A stretch of 64,000 nucleotides of DNA from Acidobacteriota bacterium (GCA_003222385.1 QHVV01000113.1:1352-65351); one strand, 5' to 3'. Positions 17,549 to 28,400 are shown, numbered from the stretch's first letter. A program made the numbers and translations. The notes: generated by a model from the sequence alone, not told the origin.

Positions 17549-18598
17549 TTGACCCCAACTTCACCCGTTCTGAATAATCCAAACGTGCGAAAGGCGCCGG
17601 TCGTGACGGCGGCTCTGGCGGCCGCTTCGTTCCTCGTTCTCCTGCCGACCTCTTCCGAAGCCCGTTCCCTCCACCGGGGAAGAGTTTCGAGGCGGGTTCT
17701 GCATTCGTGGCCGAAGACGCATTCCTCTGCCCTCGCGCGCGCGCGCGCAAGGACCCGGGATGGGGATCGGTTGTCGGGAGGCCCTGCTCACCGCCCCGGG
17801 CGGGCCACCCCCGATCCGCAGCTCATCCACCAGAGCGAACGCGGCGACATCGTGCTCGATTCGGTCGAGGTCCTGACAGCGGAGAACGCTCCGACCGCGC
17901 CCGTCGCCACCGCTTCTGCCGGCCCGGCTCCCCAGAGCTACGAATACCCCGAGGTGCCCTGTCCCGCCGAGGACCCGGTGATCGAAGCCCACGTTCACGT
18001 CGCCGGCGCCGACGCGCCGGAGAAGCCGGAAGAGGAAATCCTGCCGCATCCGGATCCTTCGGGGATCGCCCGGATCGGCCGGAAATTGAGCTCGTTCTTC
18101 CGGCCGAAGTCCGCGTCGGCCCGGGTGCGGCCCCGCGACGTCGACCTGTCCGAGCTCCTGGCCGCGAACTTCCTGCTCCCCGTCGAAGGCGTCGATCGCA
18201 ACAAGCTGCGCGATTCCTTCCTCGAGTCGCGGGGGGAGTACGCCCGCCACCTCGCCATCGACATCGGCGCCCCGCGGGGAACGCCGGTCCTGGCGACGAC
18301 GGACGGGGAGATCGTCAAGCTGATCCGGGAAGGGCGCGGCGGGATCACGATCTACCAGAAGGACGCGAGCGGCCGATACCTCTTCTTCTACTGCCACCTG
18401 TCCCGATATGCCCGAGGGCTTCGCCCCGGACAGAAAGTCGAGAAGGGCGACGTGATCGCCTACGTCGGCGCGACCGGGCACGTGATCGGGGGGCCGCATC
18501 TGCACTTCTCGATCACCCGGCTTCCGGAGGACGACGACAACTTCCACGAGGGTCTCGCGATCAACCCCTACCTGCTGTTCTTGGCCGGCGTGCCCTAG
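17549..18598 (+). CDS. M23-family metallopeptidase (peptidoglycan endopeptidase)
   Basis: HLAIDIGAPRGTPV (HxxxD), YCHL, GPHLHF (HxH), INPY; N-terminal signal-like segment; start uncertain. Confidence 0.88.
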   Translation: MTPTSPVLNNPNVRKAPVVTAALAAASFLVLLPTSSEARSLHRGRVSRRVLHSWPKTHSSALARARARTRDGDRLSGGPAHRPGRATPDPQLIHQSERGDIVLDSVEVLTAENAPTAPVATASAGPAPQSYEYPEVPCPAEDPVIEAHVHVAGADAPEKPEEEILPHPDPSGIARIGRKLSSFFRPKSASARVRPRDVDLSELLAANFLLPVEGVDRNKLRDSFLESRGEYARHLAIDIGAPRGTPVLATTDGEIVKLIREGRGGITIYQKDASGRYLFFYCHLSRYARGLRPGQKVEKGDVIAYVGATGHVIGGPHLHFSITRLPEDDDNFHEGLAINPYLLFLAGVP

Positions 18599-18614
18599 CC
18601 GGAAAGGGACCCGC

Positions 18615-21600
18615 TCAGACGACCCGCGGGTCCTCGAGGCGGAAAAGCCTCTCCAGCCACAGGTTCGTCAGCTTCTCCGAGACCGTGTTCTGGCGGAGTC
18701 GCGCCGCAAGGTTGTCCCAGTCCATCTCGTCCAACTTCTGGTCCTGGTTGAAGCAGGAGAAGACGATCTCCCGTTCGGCGCCGGTCGTCGGATCGAGGTG
18801 CCGCTGGAGGCACTGGGCGCAGACTTCTTTCATCATGCACTGCATCGGTGAGTTGATCGACCCGATGCCGACGTGGGTCGGCTTCAAGTGCGGCGCCAGC
18901 ACGCCGTGGCGGGCGCGGGCGACGGCGGCCATCATCCGGTCCGAGCCGATCGCGATCAGGCGGTCCGCATCGGAGAGCCGGATCGGGGTCTCGCCCATGC
19001 GGCCGAGCGCCCAAGCCGTCATGGCCTCGACGATGTTCCCCACGAACAGGCGGTCCTGGGGCCGGCCGGCCGGGATCGGCTCGCCGCGGTCCACCGAGAG
19101 AACCAGGACATCGGAGGCGGCCTCGAGCTCCTCCCTCTTGTAGAAGTCCTCGGCCTTCTTGTAGCCCGCGAAATAGATCACGCGGTTGCCGAGCTGACGG
19201 GCCTTCTTTCCGATCGAGAAGAGGACGGCGTTTCCGAGCCCGCCGCCGCAGAGGACGACCGTCCCGTTCTCGGGCAGCTCGGTCGCGCTCCCCGTCGGCC
19301 CCATGACCAGCACGGGCTCCCCGGGCTTTAAGACCGAGCAGATCCGGGACGAGGCGCCCAGTTCGAGCGCGATCAACGAGAGCAGTCCCCGTTCGGCGTC
19401 CACCCAGGCGCCGGTCAGAGCCAGGGGCTCGATCAGGAGGGGCGACCCGCCGATCGACGGGGCGTACGTCTCCAGGTTCTGCAGCCGGAAGAACTGCCCG
19501 GGTTGGAAATTCTCCGCCGCGGCCGGCGCGCGAACGATGACTTCGACGATCGTCGGCGTGAGCCGACGGACAAGGACGACCTGCGCGGTCAAGCGCTCCC
19601 TCGCCCGCGTCCGGAAAGACTCCCATTCCGCCTCGCCCGCGTCGGGCGGCGCCGACGCCGAAGGGCGGCCATCGAGCACTTCGACGATTGCGCGATATCC
19701 CGCCTTCGCCGACGCCATCGCCTTGACGACGTTGCCGTTGTAGGCGGGGTGGTTGTCGCCGAAGAACGTGATGAACTTTCCGTCGCGGGCATAGCCCGTG
19801 AAGAAGGCCCATTCGTCCGACGGCGGCGCCGGCTGGAGCTTCCAGGCGCCGTCCTCTCCGCGAACCGCCCGGTGCGGCTCGAAAAAGCGGCGCCTCTCAT
19901 CGAGAGGGATCGCGTTCGGGAACTCCTTCGCGTAGGTGATGTTGGGGGTCGTGCCCGCCGCGACCAGGCACGCCCGGGCCGGGAGCTCCAGGATCTCCCC
20001 GCTCCCGGATCGACGGAACCGGACGGCGGCGAGCTTTCCAGAGGCATCGGGGACGGCCTCGGCCGGCTCGAGACCTTCGACGAACGAGATGCCCTCTTCC
20101 AGGGCCTTGATCACCTCTTCGTGGTTCAGCCGGTAGGCCGGCGACTCCTCGAGCGTCCGGCGATAGACGATCGAAACGCCTCCCCATTGGCGGCACAGGC
20201 TCGCGAGGTCGGCCGTTTCGCCAGAGGCGTGGGCCCGCTCGCGCTCTCGCCGAACCTCCTCGCCGTGGCGCAGGAGCCGGTCGAGGACGTCCCGCTCCTC
20301 CTCGTCGAACAGAGCCCGCACCGCGGGCTCGCCCTGGTCGGCGATCAGGGTCTCGTAACGCGCGAGCGTCTTCTCGGCCTGGATCGGGTAATAGGCGAGG
20401 AGCTCCGTCGCCGTGTCGATCGCGGTCAGGCCGCCTCCGATGACCACGGCCGGCAGCTCCGCCTGGAGGTTGGCGAGCGCCTCCTCCTTGAACGCGCCGG
20501 TCAACTGGAGCGCCATCAGGAAGTCCGACGCCTTGCGCACCCCCCGGATGATGTTGTTCTTCATCGCGATGATCGTCGGCCGGCCGGCGCCCGCCGCGAT
20601 CGCCACGTGGTCGAAGCCGAAGTCGAACGCCTGCTCGGCGGTCACCGTCCCGCCGAACCGAACCCCCCCGACGATCTCGAAGCGGCGCCGCCGCGCGAGC
20701 GTCAGGTGAACGAGCGTCAGGAAGTTCTTGTCCCACCGCACCGTGATGCCGTATTCGGAGACGCCGCCGAAGCCGACGAGCGGCCGCTCGTCGAGCTCGC
20801 GAGAGATCTCGGCATAGTCGCGGATCGGCCGGATCGCCTGCCCGTCGGCGCCGGTCCAGTCCGCCGGCAGCGGCTCGATCTTCAAGCCGTCGATGCCGAC
20901 TACGCCGAAACCTTCGTTGACGAGGTAGTGCGCGAGCGTGTACCCGGCCGGCCCGAGGCCGACCACGAGCACGTTCTTTCCGTTGTAGGGGAGCGCATAC
21001 GGCCGAGCCGGCGCGAGCGGATTCCAGCGGGTCAAGAGCCCGTAGATCTCGACGCCCCACGGCAGCGCAAGGACGTCGGTCAGGGCGCCGGTCTCGATCT
21101 GCGGAATGTTGACCGGGTCCTGCTTCTGGAAAATGCACCCCTTCATGCAGTCGTTGCAGATGCGGTGGCCCGTCCCGGGACACATCGGGTTGTCGATCGC
21201 CACGAGGGCGAGCGCTCCGATCGAGTCGCCCTCCCGGCGCAGCTGGTGCATCTCGGAGATCTTTTCGTCGAGCGGACAGCCCTTCAGCTCGATGCCGAGC
21301 GGGTTCTTCTGCCACGTTCCGGTCTTGGCGTCGAAAAATCCCTTCGTGCACGAGTCCTTGTCGCGCTCGTGACAGAGGATGCAGTAGTGGGTCTCCCCGA
21401 GGACCTCGCGGCGCGACATCCTCGGGTCGGTCAATCGGAACCCTTCGCGACGGCGGCGCCGGTCGGCCGGGCCCACCCTCTCTTCCGGCAGGGCGGGGTT
21501 CGGGCGATCGGTCTTCACCAGCCGGTGGAAGTCGAACGGCTCCGGAAGACGGAACGAGACCCACCGCGAGATCTCCCGGCGGAGCTCGGGCCGGTGCAGC

Positions 21601-22307
21601 CTGGCCTTGCACCAGGCCGCGTAGAGCGCCAGCAGCTTCTCGAGAAACTCGAGCGCGGCTTCGTTCGACGCGTCCATCGGGCGGGGGAGAGCCGGAGATG
21701 CGGAAGCCGCCCGGTTCGCGAGGTCGGCCACGCGGCGGCGGGCCCCCTCCGACACCGAGGGGCGCTTCTTCTGCCGGACCGCTTCGATGTGCTCGGTCTC
21801 CAGGTCGAGCAGCTCGGTTCCCATCTTGGACGTCGCGAGCTCGGGGTCGCTCTCCCAGGGAAGCTCTCCGAAGAGCTCGACTTCCATCGCTCGCGCTCCC
21901 CGCTCGAGACCCCGCAATTCCCCCTCGGGCGGGACTGTCGCCCGGGCCGCCCGCCGGAGCAGGAAATCCCGCCGGAATCGGAAAAGGACCGCCTCGGGCG
22001 CCGCGGTGGCGGCCTGCGCGCGCCACTCCGCCTCGATCCCGAACAGGCGGGCGATGAATCGTGCGAGCGGCCGGGCTGCTTCGACCAGCAAGCGGGAGCG
22101 AGCGATCGCGTCGAGCGACTCGGGCCCGGATCGCCACGTCGCGAGCTTCTCGGCGAGTTCCGGGTCGTCCTGCCGGAGCTCGTCTGCGAAAACGCGGTCG
22201 AGCTCCGCGAGCCGGTTCTCGCGGTGCAGGTCCTGGTACGTGAAGCCGGGCACGCCGAGAGGAAAATCCCTCCCGGCGAGCGTTGGCGCGACGGGCGTGC
22301 TCTCCAA
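18615..22307 (-). CDS. large FAD/Fe-S oxidoreductase: GltD/NfnB-like domain fused to a C-terminal NfnA/PyrK-like domain
   Basis: CILC...C..GCP, NPMCPGTGHRICNDCMKGC, VVGLGPAG, VVIGGGLTAID; C-terminal QPGQF, MGPTG, GGGLGNA, MQCMMKEVCAQC. Confidence 0.88.
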   Translation of the reverse strand: MESTPVAPTLAGRDFPLGVPGFTYQDLHRENRLAELDRVFADELRQDDPELAEKLATWRSGPESLDAIARSRLLVEAARPLARFIARLFGIEAEWRAQAATAAPEAVLFRFRRDFLLRRAARATVPPEGELRGLERGARAMEVELFGELPWESDPELATSKMGTELLDLETEHIEAVRQKKRPSVSEGARRRVADLANRAASASPALPRPMDASNEAALEFLEKLLALYAAWCKARLHRPELRREISRWVSFRLPEPFDFHRLVKTDRPNPALPEERVGPADRRRRREGFRLTDPRMSRREVLGETHYCILCHERDKDSCTKGFFDAKTGTWQKNPLGIELKGCPLDEKISEMHQLRREGDSIGALALVAIDNPMCPGTGHRICNDCMKGCIFQKQDPVNIPQIETGALTDVLALPWGVEIYGLLTRWNPLAPARPYALPYNGKNVLVVGLGPAGYTLAHYLVNEGFGVVGIDGLKIEPLPADWTGADGQAIRPIRDYAEISRELDERPLVGFGGVSEYGITVRWDKNFLTLVHLTLARRRRFEIVGGVRFGGTVTAEQAFDFGFDHVAIAAGAGRPTIIAMKNNIIRGVRKASDFLMALQLTGAFKEEALANLQAELPAVVIGGGLTAIDTATELLAYYPIQAEKTLARYETLIADQGEPAVRALFDEEERDVLDRLLRHGEEVRRERERAHASGETADLASLCRQWGGVSIVYRRTLEESPAYRLNHEEVIKALEEGISFVEGLEPAEAVPDASGKLAAVRFRRSGSGEILELPARACLVAAGTTPNITYAKEFPNAIPLDERRRFFEPHRAVRGEDGAWKLQPAPPSDEWAFFTGYARDGKFITFFGDNHPAYNGNVVKAMASAKAGYRAIVEVLDGRPSASAPPDAGEAEWESFRTRARERLTAQVVLVRRLTPTIVEVIVRAPAAAENFQPGQFFRLQNLETYAPSIGGSPLLIEPLALTGAWVDAERGLLSLIALELGASSRICSVLKPGEPVLVMGPTGSATELPENGTVVLCGGGLGNAVLFSIGKKARQLGNRVIYFAGYKKAEDFYKREELEAASDVLVLSVDRGEPIPAGRPQDRLFVGNIVEAMTAWALGRMGETPIRLSDADRLIAIGSDRMMAAVARARHGVLAPHLKPTHVGIGSINSPMQCMMKEVCAQCLQRHLDPTTGAEREIVFSCFNQDQKLDEMDWDNLAARLRQNTVSEKLTNLWLERLFRLEDPRVV

Positions 22308-22354
22308 GGAAGCCGGATTTTACCGCGTCCGATCCCGCCCCCGCTTCGGGCTCG

Positions 22355-23011
22355 CTACGCGGGAGGGCTTTCTCTCCGCAGGTAGAGCGACGAGTACAGG
22401 ATCCCGGCGAGCGCTCCGCCCGCGAGCGGACCCAGCCAGTAGATCCAGTGATGGGCCCAGTGGCCGCCGACGAGCGCGGGCCCGAAGGAACGCGCCGGAT
22501 TCATCGAAGCGCCGCTCACCGGTCCGCCGGCGAGGATGTCGAAGGTGACGACGAACCCGATGGGAAGGCCCGAGATCACGGTGAACGCGCCGCGCTCGTC
22601 GATGGCGGTCGCGCAGACGACGAGCACCAGGAAGAACGTGGCGACGATCTCGAATACCAGGCCTTGTGGAACGGAGATTCCCGCACCAAGCCCCGGGGTG
22701 CCCAGGTTCACGGCCTGCCGGGTCGCCGGGTCGAAGACGAGCGTCAGGAGCGCGGCCCCCGTCACCCCGCCGGCGAGCTGGGAGATCCAGTAGACGGCGG
22801 CGTCCCCGGGAGAGATCTTCCGCGCGAAGAACGCGCCGAACGTCACCGCGGGGTTCAAGTGCCCTCCGGAAATGTGACCGAAGGCCGAAGCCATCACGGC
22901 GATCGTCAGTCCGTGCGCGAGCGCGATGCCGACGATCGATCCGGCCCCGATGAAGATGAGCGCCAGCGTCCCGATGAATTCGACGAGCGCCCTTCGGGAA
23001 AGTGAGTACAT
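22355..23011 (-). CDS. MIP-family aquaporin
   Basis: EFIGT, GHISGGHLNPAVT, GASMNPARSFGPA (two NPA boxes), HWIYWLGP. Confidence 0.93.
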   Translation of the reverse strand: MYSLSRRALVEFIGTLALIFIGAGSIVGIALAHGLTIAVMASAFGHISGGHLNPAVTFGAFFARKISPGDAAVYWISQLAGGVTGAALLTLVFDPATRQAVNLGTPGLGAGISVPQGLVFEIVATFFLVLVVCATAIDERGAFTVISGLPIGFVVTFDILAGGPVSGASMNPARSFGPALVGGHWAHHWIYWLGPLAGGALAGILYSSLYLRRESPPA

Positions 23012-23053
23012 GCGTGACCTCCGGATGTCGAGAACCGAAAATTTGCCCGGATT

Positions 23054-23662
23054 CTACTTTGGGCGCGCGGCGATCCGGATGGAAACCGCCCGGGGAATCC
23101 AGCGCGACCATCGCGAACTCGCGCGCGTCAGCTCCGGCGAGACGACGACCGCCACCACTTCGACCGGTTCCAGAACCGACCATCGGATGCCGGTCCGTCG
23201 AAGCTCCTCCAGGAGGGCCTCTCCGAGGCGCACCCGCTGGACGCGCTCCGCGATCCAGAGCCGGGGGGCCGGCGCCGCCGCGGCTCGCCGCGCGCGATCC
23301 GGCGTGACGTCGCCTTCCAGGAGCAAGGCGGCCCGGCGGCCCGAACGGGTCGGCGGGGGCAGCGGGGCGACGTCGGGCGCCGGATCGTGCGAGCCGCGGA
23401 GGCCGGCGATCGCGCTCCAGACTTCCGCGGCCGGAGGCGGCCAGAGAGCGCGACGGCGCGCGGCCCGAAGAAAAGCGAGATCGTCGGCGAGGCTGCGGCC
23501 GGCCGGGCACAGGACGATCCGGACCGGAGCCCGGCGGTCCGACACGAACCGGGAGAGCGAGACCGGCTCCAGCCGGTCGTAGTGAAACCGGCGCGCGAGC
23601 GCCGCTTCGAACGAGCGCGCCACGGTCGCGGTGGGCCCGACGAGGGCGATCCGGCGGTCCAT
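23054..23662 (-). CDS. hypothetical protein
   Basis: Fills the gap on the same strand as its neighbours; TAGGAT -10-like box 7 nt before the ATG; no recognised motif. Confidence 0.55.
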   Translation of the reverse strand: MDRRIALVGPTATVARSFEAALARRFHYDRLEPVSLSRFVSDRRAPVRIVLCPAGRSLADDLAFLRAARRRALWPPPAAEVWSAIAGLRGSHDPAPDVAPLPPPTRSGRRAALLLEGDVTPDRARRAAAAPAPRLWIAERVQRVRLGEALLEELRRTGIRWSVLEPVEVVAVVVSPELTRASSRWSRWIPRAVSIRIAARPK

Positions 23663-23741
23663 TCCGGCGATCCTAGCGGCCGCTCGGGGCGGCGTGGCTG
23701 GCTCTTCAGGTTAAGATTCTCTCTACTCGGCCGGAAAACGA

Positions 23742-24974
23742 ATGCCCGCTTATCAATTTTCGCTCCTGGTCCAGGCCGCCGGGACGGCGCTGCTGCTCGT
23801 CGTGTTCCTTCTGCTCTATCAGAACATCCGGCGGCGGGCCTTTCTCGACTGGATCGCCTCGTGGGCCTTTCTGCTCGCCGGCCTGATCGCCCTCCTGCTG
23901 ATTCCTTCGGTCGGCAGCAATCGCGAGCTCGACTTCTTCCTCCGTTTCTGCCTCCTCGCTCACGCCCTGCTGCTCCTTCGGGGAGTTCGAAGGTGGCGGG
24001 ACGACAAGGTGCGGTCGAGTGCCCGCGAGTTCCTCTGGATCCTTCCGGTCGTGGCGCTCTCGTGGTGGTCGTCGTCCGTCGAGGAAAGCGCGGCCGCGCG
24101 CGCCATCCCGATCCTTCTCGCGATGGCCATCGCCTATATCGTCACCGCGATGGCGTTCGCAATCACGCCCGGTTCTCCCGGCGGTCGCTTCCTGCTCTCC
24201 GGGTCGTTTCTGATCTGGGGCGTCGCGAGCGTCCTTCTGGCCTACGCGCTCGGCCGGTTCGGTATGCCCGACCGGATGCCGCCGCTCGTCCAGTACGGCA
24301 GCTTTCTCGCGATGTTCCTCGAGATGATGATCGCGGTGGGCATCATCATTCTGCTGTTCGAGGCGAGCCAGATGCAGCTCGCGGCGGAGATGCACCAGCT
24401 CGTGTCCTCCGACGAGCAATTGAAAGAATTGGGGATCCGGGATCCGCTGACCGGCCTCTACAACCGGCACTACTTCAACGACGTCATCCGCCGGGAGCTC
24501 GCGACCTCGCGCCGATTCGGCTCGGCGCTTTCGGTACTGCTCGCCGACGTCGACCGATTCAAGGAAATCAACGACCGGAAAGGGCACGCCGTCGGAGACG
24601 ACGTGCTGAAGTTCGTTGCGAATTACCTGACGGCCTGCGTCCGCGAGACCGACTACGTGTTCCGCTGGGGCGGCGACGAGTTTCTGATCGTTCTCCCGCG
24701 GACCGACGAGCCTTCGGCCGCGGCCAAGGCCGAGGAGCTGGTTCGCCGCCTGCCGAACATCCCGGGGACCGACAACCTGCATCCCACGCTTTCCGTGGGC
24801 TGGGCCATGCACCGGTCCGACGTCGAGCTGCCGATCACCCTCTCCGAGGCGGACGCGAGGATGTACGCAATGAAGCTGGAGAGGAAGCGAGAGCGAGCCG
24901 ACCGAGATCGGGATCGGGAGCTTCTCGGAGAAGTCGGTAAACGGTTCGAGCCGGCAGGCCCATCACGTTCGTGA
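23742..24974 (+). CDS. membrane-bound diguanylate cyclase (GGDEF)
   Basis: About 7 hydrophobic segments, then RDPLTGLYNR, DVDRFKEIND..GH..GD, RETD I-site and GGDEF. Confidence 0.93.
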   Translation: MPAYQFSLLVQAAGTALLLVVFLLLYQNIRRRAFLDWIASWAFLLAGLIALLLIPSVGSNRELDFFLRFCLLAHALLLLRGVRRWRDDKVRSSAREFLWILPVVALSWWSSSVEESAAARAIPILLAMAIAYIVTAMAFAITPGSPGGRFLLSGSFLIWGVASVLLAYALGRFGMPDRMPPLVQYGSFLAMFLEMMIAVGIIILLFEASQMQLAAEMHQLVSSDEQLKELGIRDPLTGLYNRHYFNDVIRRELATSRRFGSALSVLLADVDRFKEINDRKGHAVGDDVLKFVANYLTACVRETDYVFRWGGDEFLIVLPRTDEPSAAAKAEELVRRLPNIPGTDNLHPTLSVGWAMHRSDVELPITLSEADARMYAMKLERKRERADRDRDRELLGEVGKRFEPAGPSRS

Positions 24975-25479
24975 ACGATCCCGTGACGGATTCGACGAAT
25001 CTCGCTCCCAGGCCCTGGACCGCGTAAGCCCCCGCCTTGTCCCGCGGCTCCCCGGTCGCGACGTACCAGCGGATCTCGTCTTCGGCCATCGGCGCGATCG
25101 CGACCCGGCTCTCCTCGACCGCTCCGACCGCGGGTCCGGCGCCTTTCCGGAGCTCGACCGCCGTGACGACGTTGTGCTCCCGCCCGGAGAGCAGCCGCAG
25201 CATCCGGGCGGCGTCCGCGTCGTCGCGGGGCTTCCCGAGGATGGCGCCGTCGATCAGAACGAGCGTGTCGGCGGCCAGGATCCAGTCGTCCGGATGCCGC
25301 GTCGCGCCGGCCGCGGCCTTGTCTCGCGCGAAACGGCGGGCCGCATTCCGGCCGGACTCGCCCGGCACGAAGGCCTCGTCGACGTCGGCGGGCGACACTT
25401 CGAACGGAATGCCGAGCGCGGTCAGGATCTCGGCGCGACGCGGAGAAGACGAGGCCAGAAGGAGGCGGCGGACTTCTAC
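24835..25479 (-). CDS. maf: Maf-family nucleoside triphosphate pyrophosphatase (start codon uncertain)
   Basis: LLLASSSPRRAEIL, ILAADTLV, ILGKP, LSGREH, GEPRDKAGAYAVQG, NVMGLP. Confidence 0.9.
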   Translation of the reverse strand, partial: VEVRRLLLASSSPRRAEILTALGIPFEVSPADVDEAFVPGESGRNAARRFARDKAAAGATRHPDDWILAADTLVLIDGAILGKPRDDADAARMLRLLSGREHNVVTAVELRKGAGPAVGAVEESRVAIAPMAEDEIRWYVATGEPRDKAGAYAVQGLGARFVESVTGSFTNVMGLPARTVYRLLREAPDPDLGRLALASSPASLRTSSRPPRRG

Positions 25480-28400
25480 GGGTAGTACCCCGTGATCGTT
25501 CTCGCCTGGAGGCTCGACGGCTCGACCTTCACTTCGACCTTGCGCCACTTGTCCTTCGTGCCGGTGTTGGTCGAGTAGTAGGTGAGCATGTACTGGCTGC
25601 GCAGGTCGTCGTTGATCTGTCGGTAGATCGACTCCAGGTTCTTCGGCGAGTCGACGTAGAAGGTCTGGCCTCCGGTCGCCTGGGCGAGCTTGTTCAGCCT
25701 GTACTTGACCTCCAGATCCGCTCCGGAGATCTTGAGGCCGATCCCGTAGATCGAGATTCCGGCCTTCTTCACGTATTCGACGAGCGTGTCGTAGTCGAAC
25801 TTGGACGCGGTGTCTTTTCCATCGGTCAGGATCACGAGCGCCTTCTTGCCTTTGACCCCGGTGAACTGGTAGAGCCCGTAGATGATCGCGTCGTAGAGCG
25901 CGGTCGATCCTTCCGCGCGCAGCCCCGCGAGAGATCGGAAGAGCCGATCTTTCCGGTTCGTCAGCTTCGTCAGCAGGTATGGCTCGTTGTCGAAGGAAAC
26001 CGTGAAGGCGCGATCCTTCGGCCCGATCGAGTAGTCGAGGAAGGTGAGCGCGGCCTGCTGGGCCTCCGGCAGCGACTCCAGCATGGACGCCGACGTGTCC
26101 ACCATCACACCCAGCGTCAGCGGCAGGTTCTTCACGTACTCGAACGATTCGACCTTCTGGATGACTCCGTCCTCGAGGACTTTGAAGTTGGATTGCTGCA
26201 GGCCCGACACCGGACGGCCCTTGTCGGTGACGGTCGTGTAGAGCTCCACCGCGTCGACGCTCACCTCGGAAATGTAGGCCGGCGCGTTCACGTAGCGCAG
26301 GTCCTCCGCGACGGTCCCGTCTTCGAGCGTTCCGACGATCCGGATGTAGCCGAGCGACTTGCCCTGCTGGATGTTGACGGTCTGCTCGAAGGGGGGCTGG
26401 TAAAGGGTCGCGACGCGGCGCTCGTTCGAGTAGATCTCGAGCTTCTGGAGCGTCTTTCCCTCCGGAACGGCGACCGCCGCCACCACTTTCGTCGGACCCG
26501 AGACCTTCGATCCCTTTTCGGGAGACATCACCCGCACGCGGAAGATCTCGCGCCCTTCGTTGACGATGTATTCGTCTTCGCCGATCGCGCGCCCGGCCGA
26601 TCCGTACGCGACCACCCGGACCGTGTGCCGGCGGGGGAGAGGGCCGAGGTTCAGGTCCGCGTCGAACGGCGGGCGGGTCTTGGTCATAACCTTCGAGCCG
26701 TTCAAGTAGAACTCGACCGCCTTGACGCCCTCGGCGGCCTTCGTTTCGAAGCGCTGCAATCCGGTCGCGATCTCCTTGGCGACCGGGAGAAGAGAGATCG
26801 CGGACGGCAGCAATCCGAGGTCCCGCGCCTTTTCGACCGTTGCGCGCCCTTCGGTGCGGGCCGCCGCGACTTCCGGCGGCGGAGCGTCCGGCTGCTCCGG
26901 CACCGTCAACTTGTCGGTGATCCGCCCTTCGGCGCTCTGGTTTCCGTCGGAAATCTTCAGCACCAGGTTGTAGTCGCCGGGGTAGAGGTAACGCCGAACG
27001 GTCAGCGGGATCTTTTCCCCTCCGATCTCCTGGGTCGGGATGTCGAAGCGGTACTTGAAGTTGTCGATCAGCCGCTCGCCCTTGACGACCTCGCCGATGA
27101 CGTCGACGTTGTAGAACTTCTCCTCCCCGAGGTCGCGCGCCTTCAGGTCGCTCTTCGCGACGAGCAGCGACAGGTCGACGCCGATCTTGTTGGCGCGCAT
27201 TTCCGGGAACCGGACCAGCTTCGCGATTCCGAGGGGAACCGATCCGGTCGCGAGCTCCGTCGTCATCGTCAGGATCTGGTCGACCCCTTCGGTCTCGATC
27301 GTCGGCGGCTGGAAGAGCTTTCCCGATCCGGCCAGCGACGACGCCCCCGATCCGAGGACGGCTGTCGAGTACGCGATCGCCTGGCGCAGCGTCCGGGTCT
27401 CGAGGCAGCGGTCGTAGTCCACCCGGCGGTTGGTCGGCGAACGCATTCCCGACGAGCTGCCGAACCCGCCACCCACCTGGAGAACGCCCTCGCCGTCCAG
27501 AGGCAGCCAGAGCTTGTAGTCGCCGACGCCGTAGGGCTGGTAGAAGATCAGGTAGACCTTGCTCTTCAGGACCTCGAGCCGGTCGTAGTACCAGATCTGG
27601 ATCGGGACGTAGACCTCGGGACAGTCGATGGCGATGACCGCGTCCGGAGGCCCGTTGATGATGAGCGTCTTGGCGCGGTCGCTGTTCAGGTTCTTGAACT
27701 GCTCCTTCGCCATCTCGACGCGATGGGTGTGAACGGCCTGGTAGTCGTTGCGGAGGCCCTGAGTGTCGATCGAGCGGCGGCGCCAGAAGGTCTCGATGAA
27801 GCGGTCCTTCTGGTAATCGTCGGCGATCTGGAGGAAGACCTCCTTTTCCTGGTCGGTGATGATCAGATCGACGAGCTCTAAGAACTCGCGATACTTCGGC
27901 TTGAGCTGCGCCGAAAGCTCTTTGACCTCTTTCCGGGAGAGCTTGCGGTGGGTCGGCGCGGGGGTCGACGCGGCGACGGGCGCTTTCGCCGCGGTCGCGG
28001 TCTCCGGCTTCGCGGTCGAGCCGGGTCCTTCGACGCCGATCGTCTTCGCCTTCGGGTTGGGCAGGCTCGCGAACTTGCCCGTCATCTCGTTCATGTCCTC
28101 GGTCGCGACCTTCGGCGGCGCGAGGAGCCGGGACGCTTCGATCATCCCTCCGGACTCGCTTCCCTGCCGCGCCACGTTCTCCTGCCACACCTTGTAGACG
28201 TCGCAGAGCTGCTGGCACCCGGCCATGCAGGGGTCGACGAGCGACGCCGCCGGGGTGCAGTCGAGATACAGGTCCTTGAACGATTTCCGGCAGGAGCCCG
28301 GCTCGAAGACGTCGCTGTCGCGGGTTCCGACCGTCCACAGCTTTCGCGGAGAGCCCATCGTGGGGCGGTAGAAGAAGAAGCGCTCGACGCTGCGGACGAC

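Noticed and set aside
19503..22385. Long antisense or alternative-frame ORFs (also 2493-4700, 8330-10735, 46018-48771, 54662-57220, 61943-63880)
   Set aside because: Expected shadows in high-GC DNA; Arg/Gly/Pro-rich, no motifs, and overlapping well-supported genes.
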